Assembly: GCA_035687725.1 (NCBI GenBank)
Contig: DASRVB010000094.1
Span: 1 to 39,409 of the forward strand
Source of the DNA: Gemmatimonadota bacterium
GTDB taxonomy: Bacteria > Gemmatimonadota > Gemmatimonadetes > JACCXV01 > JAHWKZ01
Length of the DNA: 39,409 nucleotides
Reading direction: 5' to 3'
Of the stretch, positions 18,388 through 27,161 are shown in pieces (the first letter of the stretch is position 1; each line of letters opens with the position of its first letter). The notes beneath the pieces were generated by a model that made no database searches, was not told the origin of the DNA, and saw only the letters and a list, made by a program, of their open reading frames with translations. The translations under genes and the position numbers were made by a program.

Positions 18388-18412
18388 GCGGCAATGACCT
18401 GACCGGCACACG

Positions 18413-19651
18413 TCATGCCGCGTGGGCGGCTCCGCGCCCGGCCGCCCGGCCCGTGGCCCAGCCCCAGAAGAAGTTGTAGCCGCCGATGGGGCCGAACGCA
18501 TCGAGCATCTCGCCGCACAGGTGGAGTCCCGGTCGCAGGCGGCTCTCGAGAGTTCGCGGATGGATCTCCGAGAGCGCGATCCCGCCGCCCGTGACCTCCG
18601 CCTTGCGGTAGCCTTCGTCGCCGGTCCAGGGCAGGGGATACCGCGCGAGAACCTCGACCAGGGAAATCCGCTCCTCGCGCGTCACCCCCGCCAGTGGGCG
18701 GGCGGGGTCGACGCCGGCCTCATCCAGGAGCCGGTCCACGAGCCTGTCCGGAAGCTCGCGGCGCACGAGCGGTCCGACGGATCCCGAGCCGCCCTCCCGG
18801 AGGCGGCGATCCCACTCCTCCGCGCCCGCCGCCGTCCACTGGACGTGGATCTCCTGTGGGTCGCCTCCGTCCATGAGCGACAGGACCGCGAGATGCGAGA
18901 TGTCGAGCACCGCCGGTCCGCTGTAGCCGCGGTGCGTGAAGAGGAAGCCGCCGCGTGTGGCGAAGCGCCCTCGGGGGAGCGGCGCAGCGATCTCCACCGC
19001 GAGCGAAATGCCGGCCAGATCCGCGTGGCGTGGTGGATCGCAGACGAGCGGCGTCAGCGCAGGATACGTCGGGTGGATGGTGTGTCCCAGCCGCTCCGCG
19101 ATGCGCAGCCCGGCGCCGTCGCTGCCGCTGGCGGGGACGGACAGGCCGCCGGTGGCGAGAACGACGGCGCGCGCGGATATCTCCCCGCCGGCATGCTCGA
19201 CCCGCCAGGGCCGGTCGCTCACCGGGGGCTTCAAGCCTGTAACGCGCGTGTCGAACGCGATCTCGACGCCGAGCCCGCGCGCATGGTCGTACAGCGCATC
19301 GCGCACGTCGCGGGACCGATTCGATACGGGAAACAGCTTGCCCGTTTCCTCCTCGAGCGCGAGCGGGATCCCGAGTGTCTCCTCGAAGAAGCTGCGCTGC
19401 TCGGGGAGGGGCCAGGACAGGAGGATCTTCTTGAGCGCATTGGGAGAGGAAGCGGTGACGAATTGTGACGGCCGCACGCGCGAGGGGAGAACGTTGCAGC
19501 GCCCGCCGCCGCTGATGACGATCTTGCGAGCGCCGTTGTTCGTGCTCTCGAGCAGGAGTACGTCACGGCCCGATTCGGCGGCGAAGATGGCGGCCATCGT
19601 TCCGGCGGCACCCGCCCCGACGACGGCCACGGGATGGCTCGACCCGACCAC
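18413..19651 (-). CDS. HI0933/BaiN-family FAD-dependent oxidoreductase
   Basis: VVGAGAAG, KIVISGGGRCNV, GKLFPVS, LATGG, FLFTHRGYSGPAVL, AEVTGGG, GEMLDAFGPIGGYNF. Start approximate. Confidence 0.9.
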   Translation of the reverse strand: MVGSSHPVAVVGAGAAGTMAAIFAAESGRDVLLLESTNNGARKIVISGGGRCNVLPSRVRPSQFVTASSPNALKKILLSWPLPEQRSFFEETLGIPLALEEETGKLFPVSNRSRDVRDALYDHARGLGVEIAFDTRVTGLKPPVSDRPWRVEHAGGEISARAVVLATGGLSVPASGSDGAGLRIAERLGHTIHPTYPALTPLVCDPPRHADLAGISLAVEIAAPLPRGRFATRGGFLFTHRGYSGPAVLDISHLAVLSLMDGGDPQEIHVQWTAAGAEEWDRRLREGGSGSVGPLVRRELPDRLVDRLLDEAGVDPARPLAGVTREERISLVEVLARYPLPWTGDEGYRKAEVTGGGIALSEIHPRTLESRLRPGLHLCGEMLDAFGPIGGYNFFWGWATGRAAGRGAAHAA

Positions 19652-19700
19652 GCCGACCAATGTCGGCGTCGTTCGCACGATCGAGTAGTATTCCTCCGCC

Positions 19701-20138
19701 GTGACCCGTTCCGGACGATCGCTCGCCACGCTCGCGACGGCTCTTTTCCTCGCCGCGTGTGCCGCGCGGCAGGCCGTTCCCCTCGACGAGCCGCCCGCCG
19801 ACGTCATGATCTCGGATCGGCTGTTCTTCGGACGCGACATTCCCGGTGGCGGAACCGTGTCGGATGCGGACTGGGCCTCGTTCCTCGAGGAGGTCGTCAC
19901 GCCGCGCTTCCCGGACGGGTTGACCGTCTGGCGCGCGGACGGGCAGTGGCTGGATGAAGAGGGACGCACGATCCGAGAGCCCGTCCTGGTCGTCGAGGTT
20001 CTCCATCCGTCCGGAGTGGAGCACGACCGGGCCGTGGCCGAGATCGCGGACGAGTACCGCCGGCGCTTCCACCAGGAGGCCGTTCTGCGGGTCACGATGG
20101 AAGCGCGCACGCGTCTCTTCGAACAGGAGGTTCCCTAG
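19701..20138 (+). CDS. DUF3574 family lipoprotein
   Basis: Lipobox LAAC; LFFGRDIPGGG.VSDADW..FL.EVVTPRFPDGLTV...GQW; YRRRFHQEAV. Confidence 0.85.
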   Translation: MTRSGRSLATLATALFLAACAARQAVPLDEPPADVMISDRLFFGRDIPGGGTVSDADWASFLEEVVTPRFPDGLTVWRADGQWLDEEGRTIREPVLVVEVLHPSGVEHDRAVAEIADEYRRRFHQEAVLRVTMEARTRLFEQEVP

Positions 20139-21431
20139 ATGACGGATCGTCTCGCTCCCGTCGCGCTCGCGCTCGTGCCCCTCGTTCTCGGGCTCGCCCT
20201 TCCACCGGCCGCCTTCGCGCAGGCCGACCTGAGGGGCACGTGGGACGGCGCGTGGGGAAAATCGGCGGACACGCTCGCCGTCACGATGCGATTCGAGGAG
20301 AGCGCCGAGGGGTGGAGCGGATCGTTCGAATCGGAGCGGCTTCGCGTCGAGGGTATACCGTTCACGGACGTCGCCTTCGAGACGCCCGACGTCACGATCC
20401 GGATGGTCGGGGACGCGACGACGATGGTGTTCACGGGAACCGTGAAGGGTGATTCCCTGACAGGCACCCTGGAGGAAGACGGGAAGCTTGGCTGGTTCGC
20501 CTTCGGGCGGATCGCCCGCGTCGAGCCCGCCCGCCACGAGGAGGCAGTGCGTTTCCGGAACGGCGACGTGGAGCTCGCCGGCACGCTCCTGCTCCCGGCC
20601 GGACCGGGCCCCCACCCGGCGGTCGTTTTCATGCATGGCTCCGGTCCGGAGGGCCGCTGGGCGTCGAACTACCTTTCGCGGCGGGTCGTGGAGGGCGGGA
20701 CAGCGGCACTCATCTGGGACAAGCGAGGGGTCGGGGAATCGGCAGGCTCGTGGGAAGCGGCCAGCTTCGAGGACCAGGCCGGCGACGTTGCGGCGGCGGT
20801 GGCCATCCTGCGATCGCGTCCCGAGATCGACCCCAACCGGGTCGGGATTCACGGGCACAGCCAGGGCGGCACGATCGCCCCGCTCGCAGCCGTCCGCTCG
20901 AACGCGGATTTCGTGATCGGATCGGCCGCCAGCGGCCTGCCGATGGACGACGTCGAGGTCTACAGCATCGGCAACTTCGTCGGGATCCCGTCCATGTCCG
21001 GGGAAGAAGCCCGGCTTGCGCGCGCGTACGTCGAGGCGCTGGTCGACGTGGCATACCACGGAGCTCCACGCGACTCGCTCGACGCGATCGTGGAGCGCGC
21101 GCGGGGGCGCGAATGGTTCTTCGAGCCGCCGGCCGCGGACGATTCCTACTGGGTCTTCTCGCGCCGGATCGCGGACTACGATCCCCTCGTCTGGTGGAGT
21201 CAGGTCGATGTGCCGGTTCTTCTCGTGTACGGATCAGAGGACGAACGGGTGCCCGTCGAACCGAGCGTCGAGGCGATCACGGGAGCGCTCGAATCCTCGG
21301 GGCACTCGGCGACCGTGAGGATATTCGAGGGAGCGGACCACACTTTCCGTGTGCGGCGTCCGGGGGACGAATGGCCGCGGACGGTATCCGGGTATCCCGA
21401 CGCGGTGATCGACTGGCTCGCGAGCTTGTAA
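20139..21431 (+). CDS. Secreted alpha/beta hydrolase (peptidase S9-like) with N-terminal beta domain
   Basis: Signal peptide; HGSGP, WDKRGVGES, GHSQGG nucleophile, GSEDERVP, GADH. Confidence 0.88.
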   Translation: MTDRLAPVALALVPLVLGLALPPAAFAQADLRGTWDGAWGKSADTLAVTMRFEESAEGWSGSFESERLRVEGIPFTDVAFETPDVTIRMVGDATTMVFTGTVKGDSLTGTLEEDGKLGWFAFGRIARVEPARHEEAVRFRNGDVELAGTLLLPAGPGPHPAVVFMHGSGPEGRWASNYLSRRVVEGGTAALIWDKRGVGESAGSWEAASFEDQAGDVAAAVAILRSRPEIDPNRVGIHGHSQGGTIAPLAAVRSNADFVIGSAASGLPMDDVEVYSIGNFVGIPSMSGEEARLARAYVEALVDVAYHGAPRDSLDAIVERARGREWFFEPPAADDSYWVFSRRIADYDPLVWWSQVDVPVLLVYGSEDERVPVEPSVEAITGALESSGHSATVRIFEGADHTFRVRRPGDEWPRTVSGYPDAVIDWLASL

Positions 21432-21498
21432 GATTTCTTCTACGACCGTTGGCGTCACGGTCCTACACTGGAAGCAGCAATCCAACATTGGAGGACCG

Positions 21499-21816
21499 AT
21501 GGGACTGTTCGACAAGAAGGACGACAAGAAAAAGGAAGAGAAGAGGGCAGGGAAGAAAGCCGACTTCTCCAAGGTGCAGAGCGGCTCCTCGACGACCGCC
21601 AAGCCGGAAGCGAAGGCGGCGGCGGGAGCCAAGTCGTACACGGTCAAGAGCGGCGACTCGCTGTGGAAGATCTCCGAGCAGATGTACGGCAACGGGAATG
21701 ATTGGCGCCGGATCTACGAGGCCAACAAGGATCGCATCCAGAATCCCGATGTGATCCAGCCCGGATGGGTGTTGACGATTCCCGCGCAGGCGGGCTCGAA
21801 AGGAGAGACCAGGTGA
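21499..21816 (+). CDS. Small LysM-domain protein
   Basis: YTVKSGDSLWKISEQMYGNGNDWRRIYEANKDRIQNPDVIQPGWVLTIP; GGAGGA RBS; no signal peptide. Confidence 0.92.
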   Translation: MGLFDKKDDKKKEEKRAGKKADFSKVQSGSSTTAKPEAKAAAGAKSYTVKSGDSLWKISEQMYGNGNDWRRIYEANKDRIQNPDVIQPGWVLTIPAQAGSKGETR

Positions 21817-22271
21817 GCGCGGCCGGACGATGGACGAGCGGGCTGCTGGCGATCCTCGTGTCGACGACCCTGGCGGCCGTGGCGTGCGAGCGGGAGGCCA
21901 CCGACACCGCCGATGACACGGAAATCGTCGAGGACGCGGGGCCGGCGCTGGACGTCAGCGACGTCGCGCTGGGGCGCTCGATCGGGTCCGACATGAGGGT
22001 CACCGAGGAGGTGGGGGACTTCGCCCCGACCGACACGATCTACGCGTCCGTGGAGACCTCCGGGACGGGGAGCGGCACGCTCTCCGCGCGGTGGACGTTC
22101 GAGGACGGCCAAGTCGTCGACGAGGGATCGCAGTCGGTCAGCGGCGCCGGCGTCACGGAGTTCCACGTGTCGAATCCGGACGGCTGGCCCGCCGGGCACT
22201 ACGAGGTGGTGATCTCCCTGGACGGCGACGAGGTCGAGCGCAGCGGGTTCGACGTTACGATGGGCACGTAG
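21813..22271 (+). CDS. Hypothetical lipoprotein (beta-sandwich-like), 152 aa
   Basis: GTGA overlap with the LysM stop; lipobox-like LAAVAC; FAPTDTIYASV, LSARWTF, EFHVSNPDGWPAGHYEV. Confidence 0.75.
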   Translation: MSAAGRWTSGLLAILVSTTLAAVACEREATDTADDTEIVEDAGPALDVSDVALGRSIGSDMRVTEEVGDFAPTDTIYASVETSGTGSGTLSARWTFEDGQVVDEGSQSVSGAGVTEFHVSNPDGWPAGHYEVVISLDGDEVERSGFDVTMGT

Positions 22272-22300
22272 GGAGTCATCGAACGATCCTGTTCCACGGT

Positions 22301-22332
22301 CGGGGAGGCAGCGCGTTTGCGCGGCCTCCCCG
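22301..22332 (+). terminator. Hairpin, possible terminator after the LysM-lipoprotein pair
   Basis: CGGGGAGGC-A-GCGC / GTTT / GCGC-G-GCCTCCCCG; weak tail CTCTGTATT. Confidence 0.5.
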
Positions 22333-22398
22333 CTCTGTATTCCCCTCTATATTCGGGTATACCAGGCGAATTCGTTTCGACTTCCATCGGAGGATCGG

Positions 22399-22770
22399 AT
22401 GAGCGACGTACAGATCAGAGGAATCGACGAGGTCGAGCCGTACTCGGGCCCAGGAGTGCGGGAAGGAATCAAGTTTCGGGCGGTCGGCCGTGCGCTGGGT
22501 GTGTCGGCATGGGGAATGAACGCGATCGAGATGGCACCGGGCGCGTCCACGTACCCGGAGCACGACCACGAGGAGGATGGGCAGGAAGAGGTCTTTTTCG
22601 TGGCCCACGGCTCGGCGATCCTGCGGACCGGCGAAGGCGAGCGGCAGGTCGAGTCCGGCGAGCTCGTGCGGATCGGTCCCCGCGAGAAGCGGAAGTGGAT
22701 CGCCGGCGACTCCGGTGTGACCCTGCTCGCGATGGGCGGCACTCCCGGAAAGGCGTACGAGCCGCGGTGA
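22399..22770 (+). CDS. Cupin domain protein
   Basis: PEHDHEEDGQEEVFFVAHG...GELVRIGP; GGAGG RBS. Confidence 0.85.
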   Translation: MSDVQIRGIDEVEPYSGPGVREGIKFRAVGRALGVSAWGMNAIEMAPGASTYPEHDHEEDGQEEVFFVAHGSAILRTGEGERQVESGELVRIGPREKRKWIAGDSGVTLLAMGGTPGKAYEPR

Positions 22771-22823
22771 GCCGAACGCGTGCAATCGTCGGCACGCGAA
22801 CGAACGGGCCTTTGTTCACCGCG

Positions 22824-23993
22824 TCACTGCACGGGGACGCGGACCGCGGGGTTCGACTCTAGGTAGGACACGACATCGTCCACGTCGTCCAGGACGACGA
22901 CCATCGACGCCATCCGGCTGTCCCCCGCGAGCTTGCGAAGCAGCTCGTGGGCCGGGAGCGTCTCGCGCCAGTAGGTGGAGTCGAAGAGCACCATAGGGCT
23001 GATCAGCCCTTCGGTGCCGTAGTAGTTCTGGTTCGCGTCCATGAAGATCTCCTGGACGGTTCCCGCGTGACCCGGCGCGAACACGAGCCCCCGCGTGGCG
23101 ACGGTCACCAGACCCCCCTCGCGCAGAGAGTTCGCGAAGTACTTCGCGATGTGCGTGGCGAACTGGTTGGCGGGCTCGTGGCCGTAGTACCAGGTCGGCA
23201 CCGCGAGGCTCTCGCCACCGCGGCCGTCGGCGGGCGAGCGCGGGTTGAGCGACAGCTCTTCCAGCACCTGGTAGCCGTAGCCCATGTACCGCTCGTGATC
23301 GCCGTTGAACGCCGGTGAGGGCGCGAGGATCTCGAGCGCGCGATCGAGGGCGTCGTCGGCGAGCGGCGCGAGCCAGGCGCCCAGGTTCGCCGCCTCCATG
23401 GCCCCCGGTCCGCCGCCGGTGACGACGCGCCATCCCTTCCGCGCGAGCGCGCGACCGAGTCTGGCGATCTCTCCGTAGACCTCGGTCGCGCGGTGGAGAG
23501 CGTGACCGCCCATGACACCGACGATATCGGCGGGGCCCGCGGCCAGGAACTCCCGGGCGGCGTCCTCGATCGCGTGGTCGTGGAGCCGCTCGGCGAGGGC
23601 CTCGAGGATTCCCGGTTGCGCTTCGGCGCGTCGCTCGCGGTACCAGCGGAAGATCCGTCCGTCCATCGTGTCCTGGAAGAGGCTGCCCGGCTTCTCGACA
23701 TCGAGTCCCTCCATCAGCTCCGGGAGCGTGTAGAGCCTGTCGCGGTAGGCGGTGAAGGGAAGTCCCAGCAACTCGATGAGCCGCGGGAACACAACCGCGC
23801 CGGTATCGATGACGTGATCGAACGCCTCGGCCTCCATCCGGCAGCCGAGGAAGACAGCGCAGTGGGCGTTGACAGAAAGCAGGAACGAGGTCTCGTCCCG
23901 CAGATCGAGGCCCCGTGCGACGACGTGGCGCAGCGAGCCATGCGCTGCCCAGTGGGCTTTCAGCTCGGCGGTGGTCTCGACGGCGACGTACAC
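22824..23993 (-). CDS. LOG/SLOG-family nucleotide-binding protein, long form
   Basis: VGVMGGH, VVTGGGPGAMEAANLGA, PTWYYGHEP, KYFANSLREGGL, FAPGHAGTVQEIF. Confidence 0.8.
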   Translation of the reverse strand: MYVAVETTAELKAHWAAHGSLRHVVARGLDLRDETSFLLSVNAHCAVFLGCRMEAEAFDHVIDTGAVVFPRLIELLGLPFTAYRDRLYTLPELMEGLDVEKPGSLFQDTMDGRIFRWYRERRAEAQPGILEALAERLHDHAIEDAAREFLAAGPADIVGVMGGHALHRATEVYGEIARLGRALARKGWRVVTGGGPGAMEAANLGAWLAPLADDALDRALEILAPSPAFNGDHERYMGYGYQVLEELSLNPRSPADGRGGESLAVPTWYYGHEPANQFATHIAKYFANSLREGGLVTVATRGLVFAPGHAGTVQEIFMDANQNYYGTEGLISPMVLFDSTYWRETLPAHELLRKLAGDSRMASMVVVLDDVDDVVSYLESNPAVRVPVQ

Positions 23994-24004
23994 GGCGCCG
24001 GAAC

Positions 24005-25285
24005 TTAGTCGCTGGAGCCGGGAGCGCGATGGGCGAGCGCGGCCTCCTCGATCGCCTCGCAGGCGGACCGCACGCCGTCCTCCGCGCGGACGCTGGCGCC
24101 GATCTCGCCGGCCCGCGCCGCGAATCGAGGCTCGTGGAGCAGCTCATCGAGCGCGCGGGACGCGCGAGCTGCGCGATAGCGGCGGGGAGAGAGGATCGCG
24201 GCGACGCCCAGGCGCTCTGCCCGTCGCGCGTTGTCGGGCTGGTCGTGAGACCAGGGTACGACGAGCATCGGCCGGCCGGCGCGAAGGGCCTGCCCGAGGG
24301 TCCCGATCCCTCCGTGATGGACGACGGCGGCGGCGAGCGGGAAGAGAGCGGCGTACGGCGCGCGCTCGATGGCAATGGCGTCGGCGCCGAGAGGGGCCCC
24401 GGGCAGGTTGGCGGGATCGTCTCCCACCAGGAGCACCGAACGCATCCCCAGACGACGTGCGGCCGCCAGGCTCTGCTCGTAGAACGACCCCGCGACCGCC
24501 ACCGCCGACGTGCCCAACGTGAACACGATCGGCGGAGGTCCGTCCGCGAGAAACTGCTCGAGGTCCGCTTCGAGGATTCCGGCCCCGGAGGAGTCGCGGA
24601 ACAGGAAGCCCGTGACCCGTGTGCTGGGCGGCCAGTCCGGTCGGGGCGCCGCCAGGACGGGGGAGAAGAGCGCCAGTGTCAGTAGCGAAGAGTGCTGCCC
24701 CTCGTAGAGGGGATCGCCCCCGGGTGGCAATCCGCGCTCGACGCGCAGCTCGCGGACCGGAGCGGTCCAGGAGCGGGTGAGCCCGCGGAAGAGGCGGATC
24801 AGGACGCGCGGCACTCCCGGGATTCCGTAGAAGCGCCAGGCGTTCGGGAACGGCGGGACGACCGGGAAGTCGTATCGGGAGAAGAAGGACAGGGGCGCCA
24901 GGACGGTCGAGACCCAGGGAAGCCCGGCCTCCTCGGCGACGATCCGGCCGGCGAACGTCAGCGGGTGAGTGACGACGAGCTCCGCGTGTCGCGCCGCCTC
25001 GATGGTGTCTTCCCAGGAGTCGCGCAGGTGGGGGATTACGAGCTCGCGCAGGACGTACTTCGAGCCGAGGCGCGGGCTCATGGCGCGCGCGAAGGCCTCG
25101 CGGTCCTCGGGGTGGGCATCCGGCCGCACCGGATGGAAACCGAGGCCCTCGGCCTCGATCATCGGCCGGTAGAACTCGTGCGTGGCGATCGTCGGCTCGT
25201 GTCCGCGCTCGGCGAGCCCGCGCCCGAGCGCGAGGTAGGGGTCGAGGTCGCCGAGCGTGCCGAAGGTGGTCATGAGCACTCGCAT
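24005..25285 (-). CDS. GT1-family glycosyltransferase (RhlB/sterol glucosyltransferase-like)
   Basis: TFGTLGDLDPYLALGRGL, VFTLGT, VVHHGGIGT...AGRPMLVVPWSHDQPDNA. Confidence 0.92.
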   Translation of the reverse strand: MRVLMTTFGTLGDLDPYLALGRGLAERGHEPTIATHEFYRPMIEAEGLGFHPVRPDAHPEDREAFARAMSPRLGSKYVLRELVIPHLRDSWEDTIEAARHAELVVTHPLTFAGRIVAEEAGLPWVSTVLAPLSFFSRYDFPVVPPFPNAWRFYGIPGVPRVLIRLFRGLTRSWTAPVRELRVERGLPPGGDPLYEGQHSSLLTLALFSPVLAAPRPDWPPSTRVTGFLFRDSSGAGILEADLEQFLADGPPPIVFTLGTSAVAVAGSFYEQSLAAARRLGMRSVLLVGDDPANLPGAPLGADAIAIERAPYAALFPLAAAVVHHGGIGTLGQALRAGRPMLVVPWSHDQPDNARRAERLGVAAILSPRRYRAARASRALDELLHEPRFAARAGEIGASVRAEDGVRSACEAIEEAALAHRAPGSSD

Positions 25286-25463
25286 CGTGGAGCCCGTCGG
25301 GGAGGGCCTTCAGGCGCCTGCGGGCAGCCCCGCGCCCAGGGGCGGGCAGGGCGGACACTGGACATATTCCATCGGCACCTGACGATTCGTACGAGACGTT
25401 CGACTCGAGGGATGGATCCTGGACTCGATCGTCAATTGTGCGAGAAACCGGTCAGGAAAGGAA

Positions 25464-26303
25464 GTGACTCGTGAAGTTGGGCCGCATGGATTGCGAAGAG
25501 GGGCCATAGGCGACCGCGAGACCGGCATCGACCGTGCGCCGGACGCAGTATGGCGCTGCGCGCTCCTGCCCGACATCCACGGCAACCTGCCCGCGCTCGA
25601 GGCCGTTCTCGAGGACGTCGCACGGCTCGGCGTGGATGCCGCCTATCACCTCGGAGATCTGGTCGGATACGCACCATGGCCGGACGAGGTCGTCGCGCGG
25701 CTGGTGGAGGAAGGGATCGCCGGAGTGGCTGGCAACTACGACTCCACGGTGGCGGTGGAGGCCGAGCATTGCGGCTGCCGCGCCGAGAACCCGGCGCAGG
25801 AGGCGCTCGCCCACGAGAGCTACGCGTGGACACTGGCCCGCGTGAGCGCGGAGACGAAGGCGCGGCTGCGCGCGCTTCCGTTCCGGATCGACGTGCGGCC
25901 CGGAGGCGGTCATCGCTCGGGCTCGACGCTGCGCCTCATCCACGGGGCGCCGACGCTCAACACGCTCTATTGGGACCAGAGTCGTCACGACGACTTCGCC
26001 CGCAAGATGGCCGCGAAGCTCGGAGCTGCCGCCGGCGACGCGGTCGCATTCGGGCACACGCACATCCCCTGGAAGCGGACCGTGGACGAAGTGCTCTTCG
26101 TCAACGCGGGTTCCATCGGCCGGCCGAAGGACGGCGACCCGCGCGCATCGTGGGCGATCGCCACCTGGGACGGCGGCAGATTCGAAGTCGACGTCGTTCG
26201 CACCGAGTACGACGTGGAGCGCACCGCGGCGGCTATTCTGGCCAGCGACCTGCCCGCCGACTTCGCGGAAGATCTGCGGCGAGGCTCGACGACGAGAGAA
26301 TGA
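25464..26303 (+). CDS. Metallophosphoesterase (calcineurin-like, YfcE-type)
   Basis: DIHGN, LGDLVGY, GNYD, HG.P, FGHTH, NAGSIGRPKDGD. Start uncertain. Confidence 0.9.
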   Translation: MTREVGPHGLRRGAIGDRETGIDRAPDAVWRCALLPDIHGNLPALEAVLEDVARLGVDAAYHLGDLVGYAPWPDEVVARLVEEGIAGVAGNYDSTVAVEAEHCGCRAENPAQEALAHESYAWTLARVSAETKARLRALPFRIDVRPGGGHRSGSTLRLIHGAPTLNTLYWDQSRHDDFARKMAAKLGAAAGDAVAFGHTHIPWKRTVDEVLFVNAGSIGRPKDGDPRASWAIATWDGGRFEVDVVRTEYDVERTAAAILASDLPADFAEDLRRGSTTRE

Positions 26304-26938
26304 GCGCCGAAGCGACGAGATCCCCGCGGCTGCTGTACGCGATCCTCCTGGCGTGGGGCGCGATCGCACTCGCGGCCGGAGCGGTGGGGGCCGTCGCCCG
26401 CGCTCCCGTCCCGGTACCGGTGATTCTGGCGGGGCTGGTGGCCGCCGGGATCCTCGCCTGGCGCCTGTCGGGGAAGGTCCGGGGTTGGGTGCGCGCCGTC
26501 CCGCCCCGCGCGCTGGTGGCCATCCACCTGGTCCGCTTCGTTGGGGCCTGGTTCGTCGTGCTCTACCGGCGGGGCGAGTTGCCGTTCGCGTTCGCCGTGC
26601 CGGGCGGCTGGGGCGACATCGTCGTCGCCGCGGGAGCCGCGGGACTCCTCCTCGGGGCCTTCCCCGCGCACGCGCGCGGCCGGCGGGCAATCCTCTACGC
26701 CTGGAACACGCTGGGTCTTCTCGACATCCTGTTCGTCGTCACGACCGCAGCCCGGCTCTTCTTCGCGGAGGCGGGTCAGCTCGCTCCGCTCACCCGCCTT
26801 CCGCTATCGCTTCTCCCGACCTACTTCGTCCCCCTGATCGTCCTCTCGCATCTCCGGATCTTCGGATGGCTCAGGGAAACGAGCAGGGCGGGCGGAGCTA
26901 CTTCACGATCACCCCACCGTACATCTTCGCCACCGTGA
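26300..26938 (+). CDS. Hypothetical integral membrane protein, 212 aa
   Basis: ATGA overlap with the phosphoesterase stop; about 6 TM segments; HLVRFVG, FAVPGGWGDI, WNTLGLLD, LPLSLLPTYFVP. Confidence 0.78.
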   Translation: MSAEATRSPRLLYAILLAWGAIALAAGAVGAVARAPVPVPVILAGLVAAGILAWRLSGKVRGWVRAVPPRALVAIHLVRFVGAWFVVLYRRGELPFAFAVPGGWGDIVVAAGAAGLLLGAFPAHARGRRAILYAWNTLGLLDILFVVTTAARLFFAEAGQLAPLTRLPLSLLPTYFVPLIVLSHLRIFGWLRETSRAGGATSRSPHRTSSPP

Positions 26939-27053
26939 AGTGGACGAAGGTCGTGCAGATCACCAGGTAGGTTCCCGGCTCGTCGAAGGTACCGGGGAGC
27001 AGGCGGCAGGGTCGCGGCCAGCGCGAGCGCCGAGAGAGATCGCACACGAGCAT
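26898..27053 (-). pseudogene. Decayed cupredoxin (type-1 blue copper protein) gene
   Basis: 26990-26898 reads TFDEPGTYLVICTTFVHFTVAKMYGGVIVK*, a cupredoxin C-terminal C...H...M ligand loop. A signal-peptide-like MRSLSALALAATL starts at GTG 27045 after GGAGG but in another frame. The middle of the domain is missing. Confidence 0.7.
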
Positions 27054-27161
27054 CCTCCGTAGGATTTGAGGCCGATTCGGCCGGCCTGACCGGGCCCCGA
27101 TTGCTCAGCGACGCGCTTTCACGGAACCAAGTCGGTCAGCGGAATGACCGGCTGGCCTTCG

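Noticed and set aside
25310-25372. 20-codon minus-strand ORF MEYVQCPPCPPLGAGLPAGA upstream of the glycosyltransferase, considered as a leader or RiPP precursor
   Set aside because: Weak RBS, no attenuator structure and no adjacent maturase; cannot be told from chance without conservation data.
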